Shown piece after piece: positions 55,190-64,000 of a stretch of 64,000 nt of DNA. The notes under the pieces are model-generated. The model did no database searches. It saw only the letters and a program-made list of their open reading frames with translations, and was not told where the DNA came from. The stretch lies in the NCBI GenBank assembly GCA_018693105.1, contig JABHLN010000001.1, positions 4,750 through 68,749 on the forward strand, written 5' to 3'. This stretch comes from Desulfobacterales bacterium. Its GTDB lineage: Bacteria; Desulfobacterota; Desulfobacteria; Desulfobacterales; SURF-7. Position 1 is the stretch's first letter; every line of letters begins with the position of its first letter. The translations under genes and the position numbers were made by a program.

Positions 55190-56401
55190 CTATCTCCCTC
55201 CGGCACTTTGACTTTTCAACACTTCATGAAACATATCAACCATAGACCTGAACTTATTTGGGTCATGGCTCCCAGGATCAGCCATACTGCCTTCAACTAT
55301 CATATTGGGAATTCCGATTTTTTCCTTCAAGCTCTTTGCAACATCAAGCTGACCTGTTGAATAACCTCTGCAACCCTTATTTTCAAAAACCACAATTCCG
55401 TCTACCCTGTATTCTTTTACAGCCTCTTCAACGATTTCGATTTTTCTGTCAAGCCGCCTGTTTGTCCATCCTGTAAGATATTTTTTTGCAAGTCCTCTAA
55501 ATGGATCGCTTTTATCAAGACCTTTTGCAAAATATTCTTTTAGAAGTGTCTCGTAGACGAATACCATCCCTTTGCTTTCAAAATAATCAAAAAGATCCAT
55601 ATCATGATATATTGGCAGGTTATCCCATATCAGGCGATATTCTTCATGTTCTGCAACTCCAATGTTGTTCTCTTTCTTTTCAAGTGTCTCCTCATAAAAA
55701 GCTTTGTAAAAATCCAAAGTCTCCTGCTCTCCGGTAACATTTACAAGGCCAAACATGTCGGCGAACAATTGTCGGAACCCTACAGGACTCGGAGAGTTTT
55801 TCCTCAGCTCAATTACCTTGTGAAAATATTCGCAGGCATCCGAAGAAAGTTCAACGACTTTTTCAAACCTATCCTCATCAAAATCTTTTCCCGTTTCTTT
55901 CTCAAGAAACGATATAAGTTCCTTAGTCTGTGAAATATAAAAATCAATATGGCGCTCTTCATAATCAGCACATAAAACAGGCCCGTCAATTATAAAAAGC
56001 GGTACTTTATAATGCTGATGCATAAGTTCCCACCATGGGACATGAGCCCCGCATGTATATGCACTTGATATAAGGAGATCAGGTGCAATCATACCTCCTT
56101 GCGGGCCTTTATCAGAATACATGGAACCAAGAGCACATGTGGAAAATGCACACAGGTCCCTTGACACACCTGCCTTTTCTGCTTCAAATACCAATTCGTC
56201 TCCCATATCAGTGTTGCATGCACGGGTAGCATACCCTTCGGGGTAAAAAGGGAAAATGTCCATGGCAACAAGAACCTCAAATGGAAGAAACCCTGTAACA
56301 TGTGCAGTTAGTTTCTTTTTTGAAGCAGCATCTGAATAATTCTGATAATATTTTGCAAGAAGTTTTTCTTTGGCCTTTATATAGTTTTCATGTGCTGTCA
56401 T
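55190..56401 (-). CDS. HGD-D family subunit (2-hydroxyacyl-CoA dehydratase / benzoyl-CoA reductase B/C-like)
   Basis: 403 aa with family-typical segments (VTGFLPFEVLVAMDIFPFYPE, DLCAFSTCALG). Confidence 0.75.
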   Translation of the reverse strand: MTAHENYIKAKEKLLAKYYQNYSDAASKKKLTAHVTGFLPFEVLVAMDIFPFYPEGYATRACNTDMGDELVFEAEKAGVSRDLCAFSTCALGSMYSDKGPQGGMIAPDLLISSAYTCGAHVPWWELMHQHYKVPLFIIDGPVLCADYEERHIDFYISQTKELISFLEKETGKDFDEDRFEKVVELSSDACEYFHKVIELRKNSPSPVGFRQLFADMFGLVNVTGEQETLDFYKAFYEETLEKKENNIGVAEHEEYRLIWDNLPIYHDMDLFDYFESKGMVFVYETLLKEYFAKGLDKSDPFRGLAKKYLTGWTNRRLDRKIEIVEEAVKEYRVDGIVVFENKGCRGYSTGQLDVAKSLKEKIGIPNMIVEGSMADPGSHDPNKFRSMVDMFHEVLKSQSAGGR

Positions 56402-56421
56402 AAACTATTACCTTTCATTTT

Positions 56422-56712
56422 TTACCATGAGTGCGAAATGGCTTTTACATTACAGATTTCTATACATGGAAGAGACACCTGGTCGCCTGAAGACTTACAT
56501 GAATCGCATTCATACTTCAGCTTATTCTTTTTATCATCTGCAACAACAGCAACAGGAATATCCCTTAACGGATCATTAGGGTCCTCATCTTCAATTACAA
56601 ACACCTGTACAGGACATGCCTCTACACAATCCCCGCAGCCGTCACATTGATCAGTATCAATGGTTATAAAATAATCTCCCGTAGCATCTTTGTATCCATA
56701 ATTTGCAAGCAT
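56422..56712 (-). CDS. 2x[4Fe-4S]-type ferredoxin
   Basis: 96 aa with CDGCGDCVEACP (C-x2-C-x2-C-x3-CP) and a second cluster CDSC-x10-C-x3-C. Confidence 0.75.
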   Translation of the reverse strand: MLANYGYKDATGDYFITIDTDQCDGCGDCVEACPVQVFVIEDEDPNDPLRDIPVAVVADDKKNKLKYECDSCKSSGDQVSLPCIEICNVKAISHSW

Positions 56713-56757
56713 AAATTATCCTTATTCTTTATTAAGGGAATTACCTTTCATGCCCCT

Positions 56758-57654
56758 TTAGCGCCTTCTTCTCTTTTTTCTTTTTTTATTTTTACAAAGG
56801 GAATGACCAAAAATTGCCGCACCAATAGCCCCTGCTATCTGAGTATCCCATTGGGTAGTAATTCGTTCAATCCCTGCAAGTTTCATTACCCTATCCATTA
56901 CACCGCTATTTTTTGACATACCACCGGTAACTGCGAACTCTTTTTCCATACCGATTCTCTTTACGAGAGAATAAATCCGTTCTGCCATAGCCCTGCAATA
57001 TGCTGCAAGCACCTGTTCGGTACTCCATCCTTTTCTTAAAAGTCCGGTGGCTTCAGTTTTTGCATAAATCACACAAACGCTTGAAACGGGTGCAGGTTCA
57101 TCACCTTCAAATGCAAACGATCGATCCCCAACCTCATCGATCGGCACACCAAGAAGATCAGCCAGTATCTCCATGCCACGACCAGTACCTGCTGCACATT
57201 TATCATTCATCATGAAAGTAATGACCTTACCGTTTTCATCACAATGTATGGCCTTTATATCCTGACCGCCCACATCAAGAACAGTGCGCACTTTATCGCC
57301 ATAGATATAGTTGGCACCTCGTGCATGACATGCAATTTCCGTGAGTGTGCGATCGGCAAAAGGCACATTAATCCTCCCGTATCCTGTACCAACAGTATAA
57401 TTTACCCTTTCTCTGTCAATACCCGCAGCTTCTATAGCATAATTCAAAGCGTTTACCGCACTGGTGGGGCTGTCAGAACCGGTTCTCATACTTCCATAGG
57501 CATAAACCTCTCCGTCAGCAGCAATAACAGCCTGGGAGCTTACCGATCCCACATCAATTCCAACTGTAAATAATTCTACATCACCCGGATTAATATCAGG
57601 GTTTCTCCAGTTGGACTCCGTCCATCTCCAGTATTCCTGTTTGTTTTTTTCCAT
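56758..57654 (-). CDS. BcrAD/BadFG-family ATPase subunit (activase / reductase alpha-delta type)
   Basis: 298 aa with an acetate/sugar-kinase fold start (VGIDVGSVSSQAV) and cluster-binding context (NDKCAAGTGRGME, SSVCVIYAKTE). Unusual polybasic C-terminus KNKKRKKRRRR. Confidence 0.75.
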   Translation of the reverse strand: MEKNKQEYWRWTESNWRNPDINPGDVELFTVGIDVGSVSSQAVIAADGEVYAYGSMRTGSDSPTSAVNALNYAIEAAGIDRERVNYTVGTGYGRINVPFADRTLTEIACHARGANYIYGDKVRTVLDVGGQDIKAIHCDENGKVITFMMNDKCAAGTGRGMEILADLLGVPIDEVGDRSFAFEGDEPAPVSSVCVIYAKTEATGLLRKGWSTEQVLAAYCRAMAERIYSLVKRIGMEKEFAVTGGMSKNSGVMDRVMKLAGIERITTQWDTQIAGAIGAAIFGHSLCKNKKRKKRRRR

Positions 57655-57704
57655 TTTGCAAATCGGTTATTTGTGCATAGTTCCAGGTTCGTTAAAAAAA
57701 ATAG

Positions 57705-58490
57705 TTAGTGTCCATCCAGTCCCGCCACTAAAGCAGCCCCTACAGCAGCACCGTATTCAGGCATTTCCGGAATTAAGATTTTATCAAGATGAAGTTCACG
57801 TTTAAGGGAATCCAGAAAACCGGGGTTATAACTCACACCTCCAATCATTGATACATCCTCTTCTATTCCAATTCGTCTAATCATTGAGGCTATACGGTTT
57901 GCCATTGAATCGTGAATCGCCTTGCAGATATCATTTTTTTCAGTTTTTGCATGAATCAATCCAACAACTTCTGATTCAGCAAAAACAACACATTGGGAAT
58001 TCATTGGAATTGATTTATTAGATTTTAATGATAATTTCCCCATATCTTCAAGACTGATCTCAAGAGCCCTCGCCATAGCTTCGATAAACGAACCTGCACC
58101 TGCAGCGCATTTCCCGTTAACAGCAAAGTCAACAGGATTTCCGTTCTTGTCAACCTTGGCCACCCTTCCTTCTTCAGCGCCTACATCAATTACCGTTCTG
58201 GCATTCGGGAAGAAAAAAGCAGCAGCCTTTGACATAGCCTTTATATCATTGACATGGATATCGGCGTTTATAATAGAATCTTTACCTGATCCCGTCCCTC
58301 CAATCCTGTCAATTTGATCTTCTATTATTTGAAAATCCCTTAGAGCCTTTTCAAGGGATTCCTGAACTGCCTTTACCTGATCAAATCCGGTCAGCACTAA
58401 CCCTCTGCCTGCTATAACTCCGTCTTTTATCAAGACAGCCCGGGTGCTTTTAGCACCACAGTCTATTCCCGCTGTAATCATTTCCCCCAA
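57705..58490 (-). CDS. BcrAD/BadFG-family ATPase subunit (activase / reductase alpha-delta type)
   Basis: 261 aa. Motifs AGIDCGAKSTRAVL, NGKCAAGAGSFIE, NSQCVVFAESEVV. Confidence 0.75.
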   Translation of the reverse strand: MGEMITAGIDCGAKSTRAVLIKDGVIAGRGLVLTGFDQVKAVQESLEKALRDFQIIEDQIDRIGGTGSGKDSIINADIHVNDIKAMSKAAAFFFPNARTVIDVGAEEGRVAKVDKNGNPVDFAVNGKCAAGAGSFIEAMARALEISLEDMGKLSLKSNKSIPMNSQCVVFAESEVVGLIHAKTEKNDICKAIHDSMANRIASMIRRIGIEEDVSMIGGVSYNPGFLDSLKRELHLDKILIPEMPEYGAAVGAALVAGLDGH

Positions 58491-58859
58491 CCTCAGTATT
58501 TAATTGATTTTTTTTCAGTATCTACTATGAGGTAATAGGTGTCAAGATAACACATGACAAAAATTTACGAAAAACAGACATGGGTTGTATGTATCTATCT
58601 GAAAATTAGTGTGATGCAATAGACGGAGACTTTTTAATACATCTTCAAAAGCTCTGAAGCTTGTATTAAAAATTTAATCATGATATTTTCGATTCCGGCA
58701 AATATCAATATATACCATGATGCGTCAATACCGCTACCTTATGGTTCTATGAAAATCAAGTACCCAGGAGACGCTCAAATTCAAGTTAGATTTACTTGAT
58801 CTGGTTGAACGCAAGGAAAAAATAAAAAGTCCACTCTTTTAAAATTATAAAGGTTACTC

Positions 58860-60584
58860 ATGAAAATGCGCACCCGCATATTTTTCATTTTGTTAATACT
58901 TTTTATAATTGCGGTTTATATTCCTGCTCTTAACTCACCTTTTATCAGGGATGATTTTCCGGCAATAGTAGTTAATTTACCTTTAAAATTTTCAAACAAT
59001 TTAAATAAAATTGCCTTTTCACCTTCGTTCCATCCATCTCGGCCTTTGTTTAACCTGCAAAATTGGGGTTTATTAAAAATTTTTGGGTGTGCCCCCTTTC
59101 CGTTTCATGTTTTCTGCCTGTTATTGCATATTCTTAACGGGTCAATGGTTTATATTCTTTTTACAAAAATTTTTAGTCCCGAAAAGGAAAAGAATAAAGG
59201 AAAGCCCCCGGCTCTTCTAATTGCATCTATCTTTATGATGCACCCTTTACAGACTGAAACGGTCAACAATATTGTAAACAGTTCGGGTATGTTAATGACT
59301 TTTTTTTATATCCTTTCACTTCTTTATTTTGCAAAATACAAATTAATATCAAATAAATCATATAACCATGATATAAAAATTAAATTCCGTTTTAACTCTT
59401 TCTTCATCTTATCCCTTTTTTTTGGAATACTTTCCCAGTTTTGCAAAGAATCAGCAATAACATTGATCTTCAGTCTCTGGGGTCTAAACTATATTCTAGA
59501 AAAAAAGGTTCACAGAAGCACTCTATCTTTCTTTTCCATACAGCATATAAGATCTCTTTATCCTTTTTTTATTACCCTGGTTATTGTGCCTTCTATGCTT
59601 AAGATACTTCCTTATAAGCATCAGGGTATTGGTTTTTCAGTAATAGATCCATGGCTCCACTTTGTAACCCAGTGGGAAATACTGGCGATGTATTTATTAA
59701 AATTTTTTGTTCCTATTGGACAGAATTTTGATTATGACATCCCACTTGCAAAAAGCACATTCGAGTTCCTTCCCATTGCTGGTTTATCCTTACTTCTTTT
59801 TATCACAATATTTGCATGGATGCAGAGGAAAAGGATTCCGTGGCTTCCCGCAGGCTGGTTTTTTTTCCTCGCGGCAATATCTCCAAACATTTCTGTTCCC
59901 AACATTGATTTTGCAGCTGAACGTTATGTCTACCTGCCTCTTATAGGATTTTCAACGGCAACCGTCGCCACCCTTTACCACTATATGCCAAGAAAATATA
60001 TTTATCTAATTGTCTGTTTTTTTATCTACTTAACAATATTTACAGGGTTCAGAAACCAAGTATGGTCCAATGACATGATTTTATACGTAGACACAATAAT
60101 AAAGTCACCAACAAATATGAGGCCTGTTGTGGGATATGCCGAAAGTCTGTTTTACAACGGAAAATTCAAAGAAATGCTTTCAATATATGAAAATGTTATC
60201 AAAAAAATCCCGATAAAGCCCCGAGGATATTTTTATGTCAAGGTATTAAATGAAGTCGCAATATCCTATATGCTGCAGAATGATTATGAAAAAGCGCTTT
60301 TAGTTCTTGAAGATTCTATCAGGAGCAGCAATGGAAATACCAAAACCATCTTTTTATTAAAAGGCATTGCATTGCTTGGTCTTGGAGAACAGGAAGAGGC
60401 TATGGCCTTGTTAAAAAACCGTTTCAATATAGATCCCGGACAACCCGGTATTTTTTTTCTGCTCGCCAGTCATGAAAAAAACAACAACAATATTGGCAAA
60501 GCCTTAAACTACCTTGATATAGCCTGCGAATCCTACTTCCCTCCGGCATGTAAGGAATATGAAAAGCTAAAGAATGGGGAGTAA
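58860..60584 (+). CDS. Polytopic GT-C-like membrane protein with C-terminal TPR repeats (TMTC/PMT-like)
   Basis: 574 aa with at least 9 hydrophobic segments, an acidic motif in the first loop (PFIRDDFPAIVVN) and C-terminal TPR-like helices. Confidence 0.55.
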   Translation: MKMRTRIFFILLILFIIAVYIPALNSPFIRDDFPAIVVNLPLKFSNNLNKIAFSPSFHPSRPLFNLQNWGLLKIFGCAPFPFHVFCLLLHILNGSMVYILFTKIFSPEKEKNKGKPPALLIASIFMMHPLQTETVNNIVNSSGMLMTFFYILSLLYFAKYKLISNKSYNHDIKIKFRFNSFFILSLFFGILSQFCKESAITLIFSLWGLNYILEKKVHRSTLSFFSIQHIRSLYPFFITLVIVPSMLKILPYKHQGIGFSVIDPWLHFVTQWEILAMYLLKFFVPIGQNFDYDIPLAKSTFEFLPIAGLSLLLFITIFAWMQRKRIPWLPAGWFFFLAAISPNISVPNIDFAAERYVYLPLIGFSTATVATLYHYMPRKYIYLIVCFFIYLTIFTGFRNQVWSNDMILYVDTIIKSPTNMRPVVGYAESLFYNGKFKEMLSIYENVIKKIPIKPRGYFYVKVLNEVAISYMLQNDYEKALLVLEDSIRSSNGNTKTIFLLKGIALLGLGEQEEAMALLKNRFNIDPGQPGIFFLLASHEKNNNNIGKALNYLDIACESYFPPACKEYEKLKNGE

Positions 60585-60829
60585 ATCCCAAGCTACACTC
60601 TTTTATGCAATTTAAAGCACCAATCAAGGCGTTTTCCTGCATAACTGAAGTAGAAGTGAAAGGTATACATAGAATGGATATAAAAAACTCCCCAATTCCT
60701 GAAATGGGAATCAACTGTAAATAGCTTCCAATTATAGTCTCTATAGGAATTTTATCCTTGACCATTATAATGCAATGTCTATATATCTTATTTTCATGGA
60801 AATGACATTATAGTTGGAGAATCCTTTGC

Positions 60830-61702
60830 TTGACCAGCCTTTTTGTCCTAATAGCACCAGCAGTTGTGACTTTAAGTGTGAGATACAGCAAAGATATTTT
60901 TTTTCACATTATCAGATTTTTATTATCAATGAGCTCTGCCGAAATTAAAAATACATATCATACTCCGGCTAAGGAAATTTCCTGGATTTCCAGACATTTC
61001 CCAAATCTTATATTTTATAAAAATATGGTTTCTATTATTGTAAAGGCTGCGGGCCTTGCAAAAAAAGGCAGATATTCTGGTGAGGACTGGATAGTAAGTA
61101 GTCAGAACATGATGAAAGCCCTTGAGAATGTCGGAGTTAAATTCCATATTGAAAACTTGGAGGTCTTGAATAAACTGAAATCCCCATGCGTTATAGCGGG
61201 CAATCACATGAGTGTTTTAGAAACACTTGTTCTTCCGGGGATTATTCATCCGCATCAAAAGTTTACTTTTGTTGTAAAAAAAGGTCTGATGGATTATCCG
61301 GTATTCAAACATATCATGATAAGCCGGAATCCAATATTTGTTGACAGAGTAAACCCCAGGACAGACCTTCAGAATATCCTTTCAGGTGGACAGGAGCGTT
61401 TGAGCAAAGACCTTTCCATAATGATTTTCCCTCAAACAACCCGCATATTTGACATAGACCCCAAAACCTTCAATTCCATAGGGGTTAAACTCGCCAGACG
61501 CGCAGAAGTACCATTAATTCCTTTAGCTCTGAAGACAGATGCATGGGGAATAGGAAAATGGCTTAAAGATTTTGGTAAAATAAACCCTTCTGTAAAAGTT
61601 CATTTTTCTTTCGGGGAACCTATGACTATTACCGGTAACGGAAAACATGAGCATGAAAAATGCCTACAATTTATAAGTGATAAGTTGGAAAGCTTTGATT
61701 AA
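60830..61702 (+). CDS. 1-acyl-sn-glycerol-3-phosphate acyltransferase family (PlsC-like)
   Basis: Motif I variant NHMSVLE and motif III FPQTTR. TTG start at 60830 with GGAGA about 10 nt upstream. An ATG at 60929 is an alternative start. Confidence 0.7.
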   Translation: MTSLFVLIAPAVVTLSVRYSKDIFFHIIRFLLSMSSAEIKNTYHTPAKEISWISRHFPNLIFYKNMVSIIVKAAGLAKKGRYSGEDWIVSSQNMMKALENVGVKFHIENLEVLNKLKSPCVIAGNHMSVLETLVLPGIIHPHQKFTFVVKKGLMDYPVFKHIMISRNPIFVDRVNPRTDLQNILSGGQERLSKDLSIMIFPQTTRIFDIDPKTFNSIGVKLARRAEVPLIPLALKTDAWGIGKWLKDFGKINPSVKVHFSFGEPMTITGNGKHEHEKCLQFISDKLESFD

Positions 61703-61905
61703 TGATCCGGTAAAGGCCATAAATGAGATGGAATATTAAAAAACCTCATTTTTTAAACATATGAACAAATTAAATTTTTCGATGATTTATACACATAGGC
61801 TGAATTAAAAATCAGACAAAAGATGTCGCTTTTCAAAGACCTCAATCTGAATGAAACAGCCCTTTACTTATGGCATTAACTATTATCCATTAGGAGTAAT
61901 TCAAC

Positions 61906-62727
61906 ATGAATCCTTATAAAGACAAAATTGCTATTGTAACAGGTGGAGCATCGGGCATCGGAAAAGCTATCTCCAAAGAACTGGGCAGTCGTGGGGCTTT
62001 TGTACTTGTGACCGATATAAATGAAGTCGGAGCACACCACGTTGCAATAGACATTTGCAGCGTGGGTGGAAAAGCAACTTCAGCCGTCCTTGACGTTACC
62101 GATATTGAAGGGGTTGATAAATTCATTAATGAAACTGCCAAAGAATACGGACGTCTTGATTACATTTTCAACAACGCAGGTTATAATATAAGCGGTGAAG
62201 CAAGAGATATGACTTTCGATCACTGGAAAAAGATAATTGACCTTAACCTCTGGAGCGTTATTGCAGGTTCCACATCCGCATATAAAATTATGGTCCGTCA
62301 GGGATTTGGACATATTGTTAATACTGCTTCCATAGTAGGCCTGCTGCATCTACCGACTGAGTGTGCCTACGCAACCACAAAGAGTGGAATCATAGGTCTT
62401 TCTAGAGTTATGAGAGCTGAAGGTGCTGCTTTTAATGTAAAAGTAAGTATGCTATGCCCTGGAATAATTGATACAGGTATTTTTGAAGCTGCAACCATCC
62501 TTCAAATGGACAGAAATGAGAATATTGACCAAATGCCGCGATTTAAATTAAGTGCAGAAAAAGCAGCGCGTATTACACTTAACGGTGTGGCACGCAACAA
62601 AGAATTTATTATATTTCCATTTTCTTCAAAATTTGGATGGTGGCTCTACAGAATTAGTCCTGCTATATATAAGCCAATAAACTGGTTCATGTTAAGAGGG
62701 TTCAGAGATTTGCGTCTGAATTCATAA
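61906..62727 (+). CDS. Short-chain dehydrogenase/reductase (SDR)
   Basis: 273 aa with TGGASGIGKA, NNAG and catalytic YATTK. Confidence 0.85.
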   Translation: MNPYKDKIAIVTGGASGIGKAISKELGSRGAFVLVTDINEVGAHHVAIDICSVGGKATSAVLDVTDIEGVDKFINETAKEYGRLDYIFNNAGYNISGEARDMTFDHWKKIIDLNLWSVIAGSTSAYKIMVRQGFGHIVNTASIVGLLHLPTECAYATTKSGIIGLSRVMRAEGAAFNVKVSMLCPGIIDTGIFEAATILQMDRNENIDQMPRFKLSAEKAARITLNGVARNKEFIIFPFSSKFGWWLYRISPAIYKPINWFMLRGFRDLRLNS

Positions 62728-62802
62728 TAGAGGCAAACAATAATACCCTTTTAGATTTAATATTATTTTAAATACCCAATATAAATTAAGGAGACTATTC
62801 CT

Positions 62803-64000
62803 ATGAACGGATCAGAGATACTTGTAAAAACAGCGGCAAAAGCAGGTGTTAAATATTGTTTCTCAAATCCAGGTACAACTGAAATAGCAGTCGTATCGGC
62901 CCTGGATTCTGTTCCGGGAATAAAAGGGGTTCTTGGACTTTTTGAAGGTGCCTGCACAGGTGCAGCGGACGGATACGGTAGAATGACAGGAAAACCTGCA
63001 ATGACCCTTCTGCATCTCGGCCCTGGAATGGGCTATGGGCTTCCAAATTTACATAATGCCAGGAAAGCCCATACTCCTGTTTTAAATGTAATAGGAGAGC
63101 ATGCTTCATGGCATCGTTCAGCTGATTCGCCGATTACAATGGACATTGACGGATTGTCAAATACGGTCTCCGGGTGGCAGCGAACAATTAACTCTGCGGA
63201 ATCCATATCCCGGGACACAGCCGACGCAATAGCAGCATCTTTAAACGGCAATGTTGCCAGCCTGATTTTTCCGACAGATTTTCAGTTTGCTGAATATTCA
63301 GATGATTTGATTGCAGAACCTCAAATTGCATACAGCCCGGTTGATGCAGAATCTATTGAAAAAGCTGTTGTTCAATTAACATCCAAAGAGGAATGTGCAC
63401 TTTTTCTCGGTGGACAGGCCTTGCTTGAGCGGGGGATTATGGCAGCGGCCAGAATTAAGTCAAAAACAGATTGTGATCTTATTTCAGAATGTTTTCCTTC
63501 ACGAATTGAACGCGGCAGAGGTTTACCCCTTATAGACCGCATAGCGTATTTCCCGGAAATGGCAATAGAAATGATGGCAAAATATAAAACTGTCATATTT
63601 ATAGGAGCCGATGAACCGGTTTCTTTTTTCGGATATGAAGGAGGACCGAGCAGAATACTTAATGAAGACCAACGTAAGCTTCATATAGGTACAGGAGATC
63701 AGGACGTATATGAGGTTCTTGAGGCCCTTGCCGATGCCGTTGGGGCACCGGGAAATGTCAATGACAACTCATACGACGGATATGTAAAACCGGCACTTCC
63801 CCAGGGGGAACTGAACGTTGAGAATGCCGGTATTATTATTTCCGCTTTGCAGCCTGAAAATGCAATCATTATTGACGAAGCCATAACATCTTCAGTCGGC
63901 TTTTACTTACAACCCCCGAATCCATCACCCCATACCATTCTATCATTAACAGGAGGATCTCTTGGTGTGGGTATACCCTGTGCTATAGGCGCGGCTCTTG
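62803..64000 (+). CDS. Thiamine-diphosphate-dependent enzyme (acetolactate synthase large-subunit-like), truncated by window end
   Basis: Own translation from the ATG at 62803 (AAGGAG 10 nt upstream): MNGSEILVKTAAKAGVKYCFSNPGTTEI...GAADGYGRMTGKPA. It runs in frame to TGGSLGVGIPCAIGAAL, the start of the TPP-binding motif. It is absent from the ORF track because there is no stop in the window. Confidence 0.8.
   Translation, partial: MNGSEILVKTAAKAGVKYCFSNPGTTEIAVVSALDSVPGIKGVLGLFEGACTGAADGYGRMTGKPAMTLLHLGPGMGYGLPNLHNARKAHTPVLNVIGEHASWHRSADSPITMDIDGLSNTVSGWQRTINSAESISRDTADAIAASLNGNVASLIFPTDFQFAEYSDDLIAEPQIAYSPVDAESIEKAVVQLTSKEECALFLGGQALLERGIMAAARIKSKTDCDLISECFPSRIERGRGLPLIDRIAYFPEMAIEMMAKYKTVIFIGADEPVSFFGYEGGPSRILNEDQRKLHIGTGDQDVYEVLEALADAVGAPGNVNDNSYDGYVKPALPQGELNVENAGIIISALQPENAIIIDEAITSSVGFYLQPPNPSPHTILSLTGGSLGVGIPCAIGAAL

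Noticed and set aside
60424-60765. 113-aa minus-strand ORF
   Set aside because: It overlaps the 3' end of the GT-C/TPR gene in antisense and extends into AT-rich intergenic DNA. It has no motif and no RBS.
1-64000. Search for a prophage, integron, toxin-antitoxin system, restriction-modification system, CRISPR-Cas or other defence system, and for in-frame TGA selenocysteine candidates
   Set aside because: No integrase other than the housekeeping-like xerD, and no phage structural, nuclease, methylase or Cas-like proteins, were recognisable in any frame. No pair of adjacent same-frame ORFs split by a single TGA was seen. The absence is based on reading the translations only.

Overview
AT-rich bacterial chromosomal window. 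The gene content (futalosine menaquinone pathway, tungsten-type aldehyde:ferredoxin oxidoreductase, Bcr/HGD-type radical enzymes, PfaA/PfaD) suggests an anaerobic Desulfobacterota-like organism, but that is inference only. Contents in order: (1) On the minus strand, a partial tonB-like gene, exbD and exbB, preceded by a clear cobalamin riboswitch with an intrinsic terminator. Upstream of these lie a BtuCD/FecCD-type ABC permease and ATPase and a small cyclophilin-like gene. (2) A complete type II secretion locus, gspG-H-I-J-K-L-M-N-C-D-E on the minus strand, followed by a YidD-domain protein and a TPR membrane protein, with gspF alone on the plus strand. (3) yjbQ, a long U32-family protein, a CooC-type ATPase and a Ski2/HelY-like helicase. 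(4) An 11-gene same-strand block holding the whole futalosine menaquinone pathway (mqnA, B, C, D, E, ubiE, ubiX, a UbiA-family gene, ubiD) plus two uncharacterised redox genes. (5) aor, an M24 aminopeptidase and xerD. (6) A translationally coupled pfaD-pfaA pair (ER in trans, then KS-AT-ACPx3-KR-DH) with no pfaB, pfaC or pfaE in the window. (7) A convergent minus-strand block: ADP-ribosylglycohydrolase, lipocalin-like protein, flavodoxin, thioesterase II, thiolase, methyltransferase, then a four-subunit Bcr/Bzd-like module (two HGD-D subunits, two BcrAD/BadFG ATPases) with its own ferredoxin. (8) A GT-C/TPR membrane protein, a PlsC-type acyltransferase, an SDR and a truncated TPP enzyme. Intergenic DNA holds at least three related families of about 150-bp MITE-like elements; the main family has terminal inverted repeats and flanking 5-7 bp target-site duplications. 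Many copies sit exactly at stop codons or in 5' leaders. There are also short ATTGGTTT-type satellite arrays and G8-G9 homopolymer runs. I saw no rRNA, tRNA, CRISPR array, prophage, transposase or recognisable defence system. All calls come from reading the sequence and ORF translations; no database search was possible.
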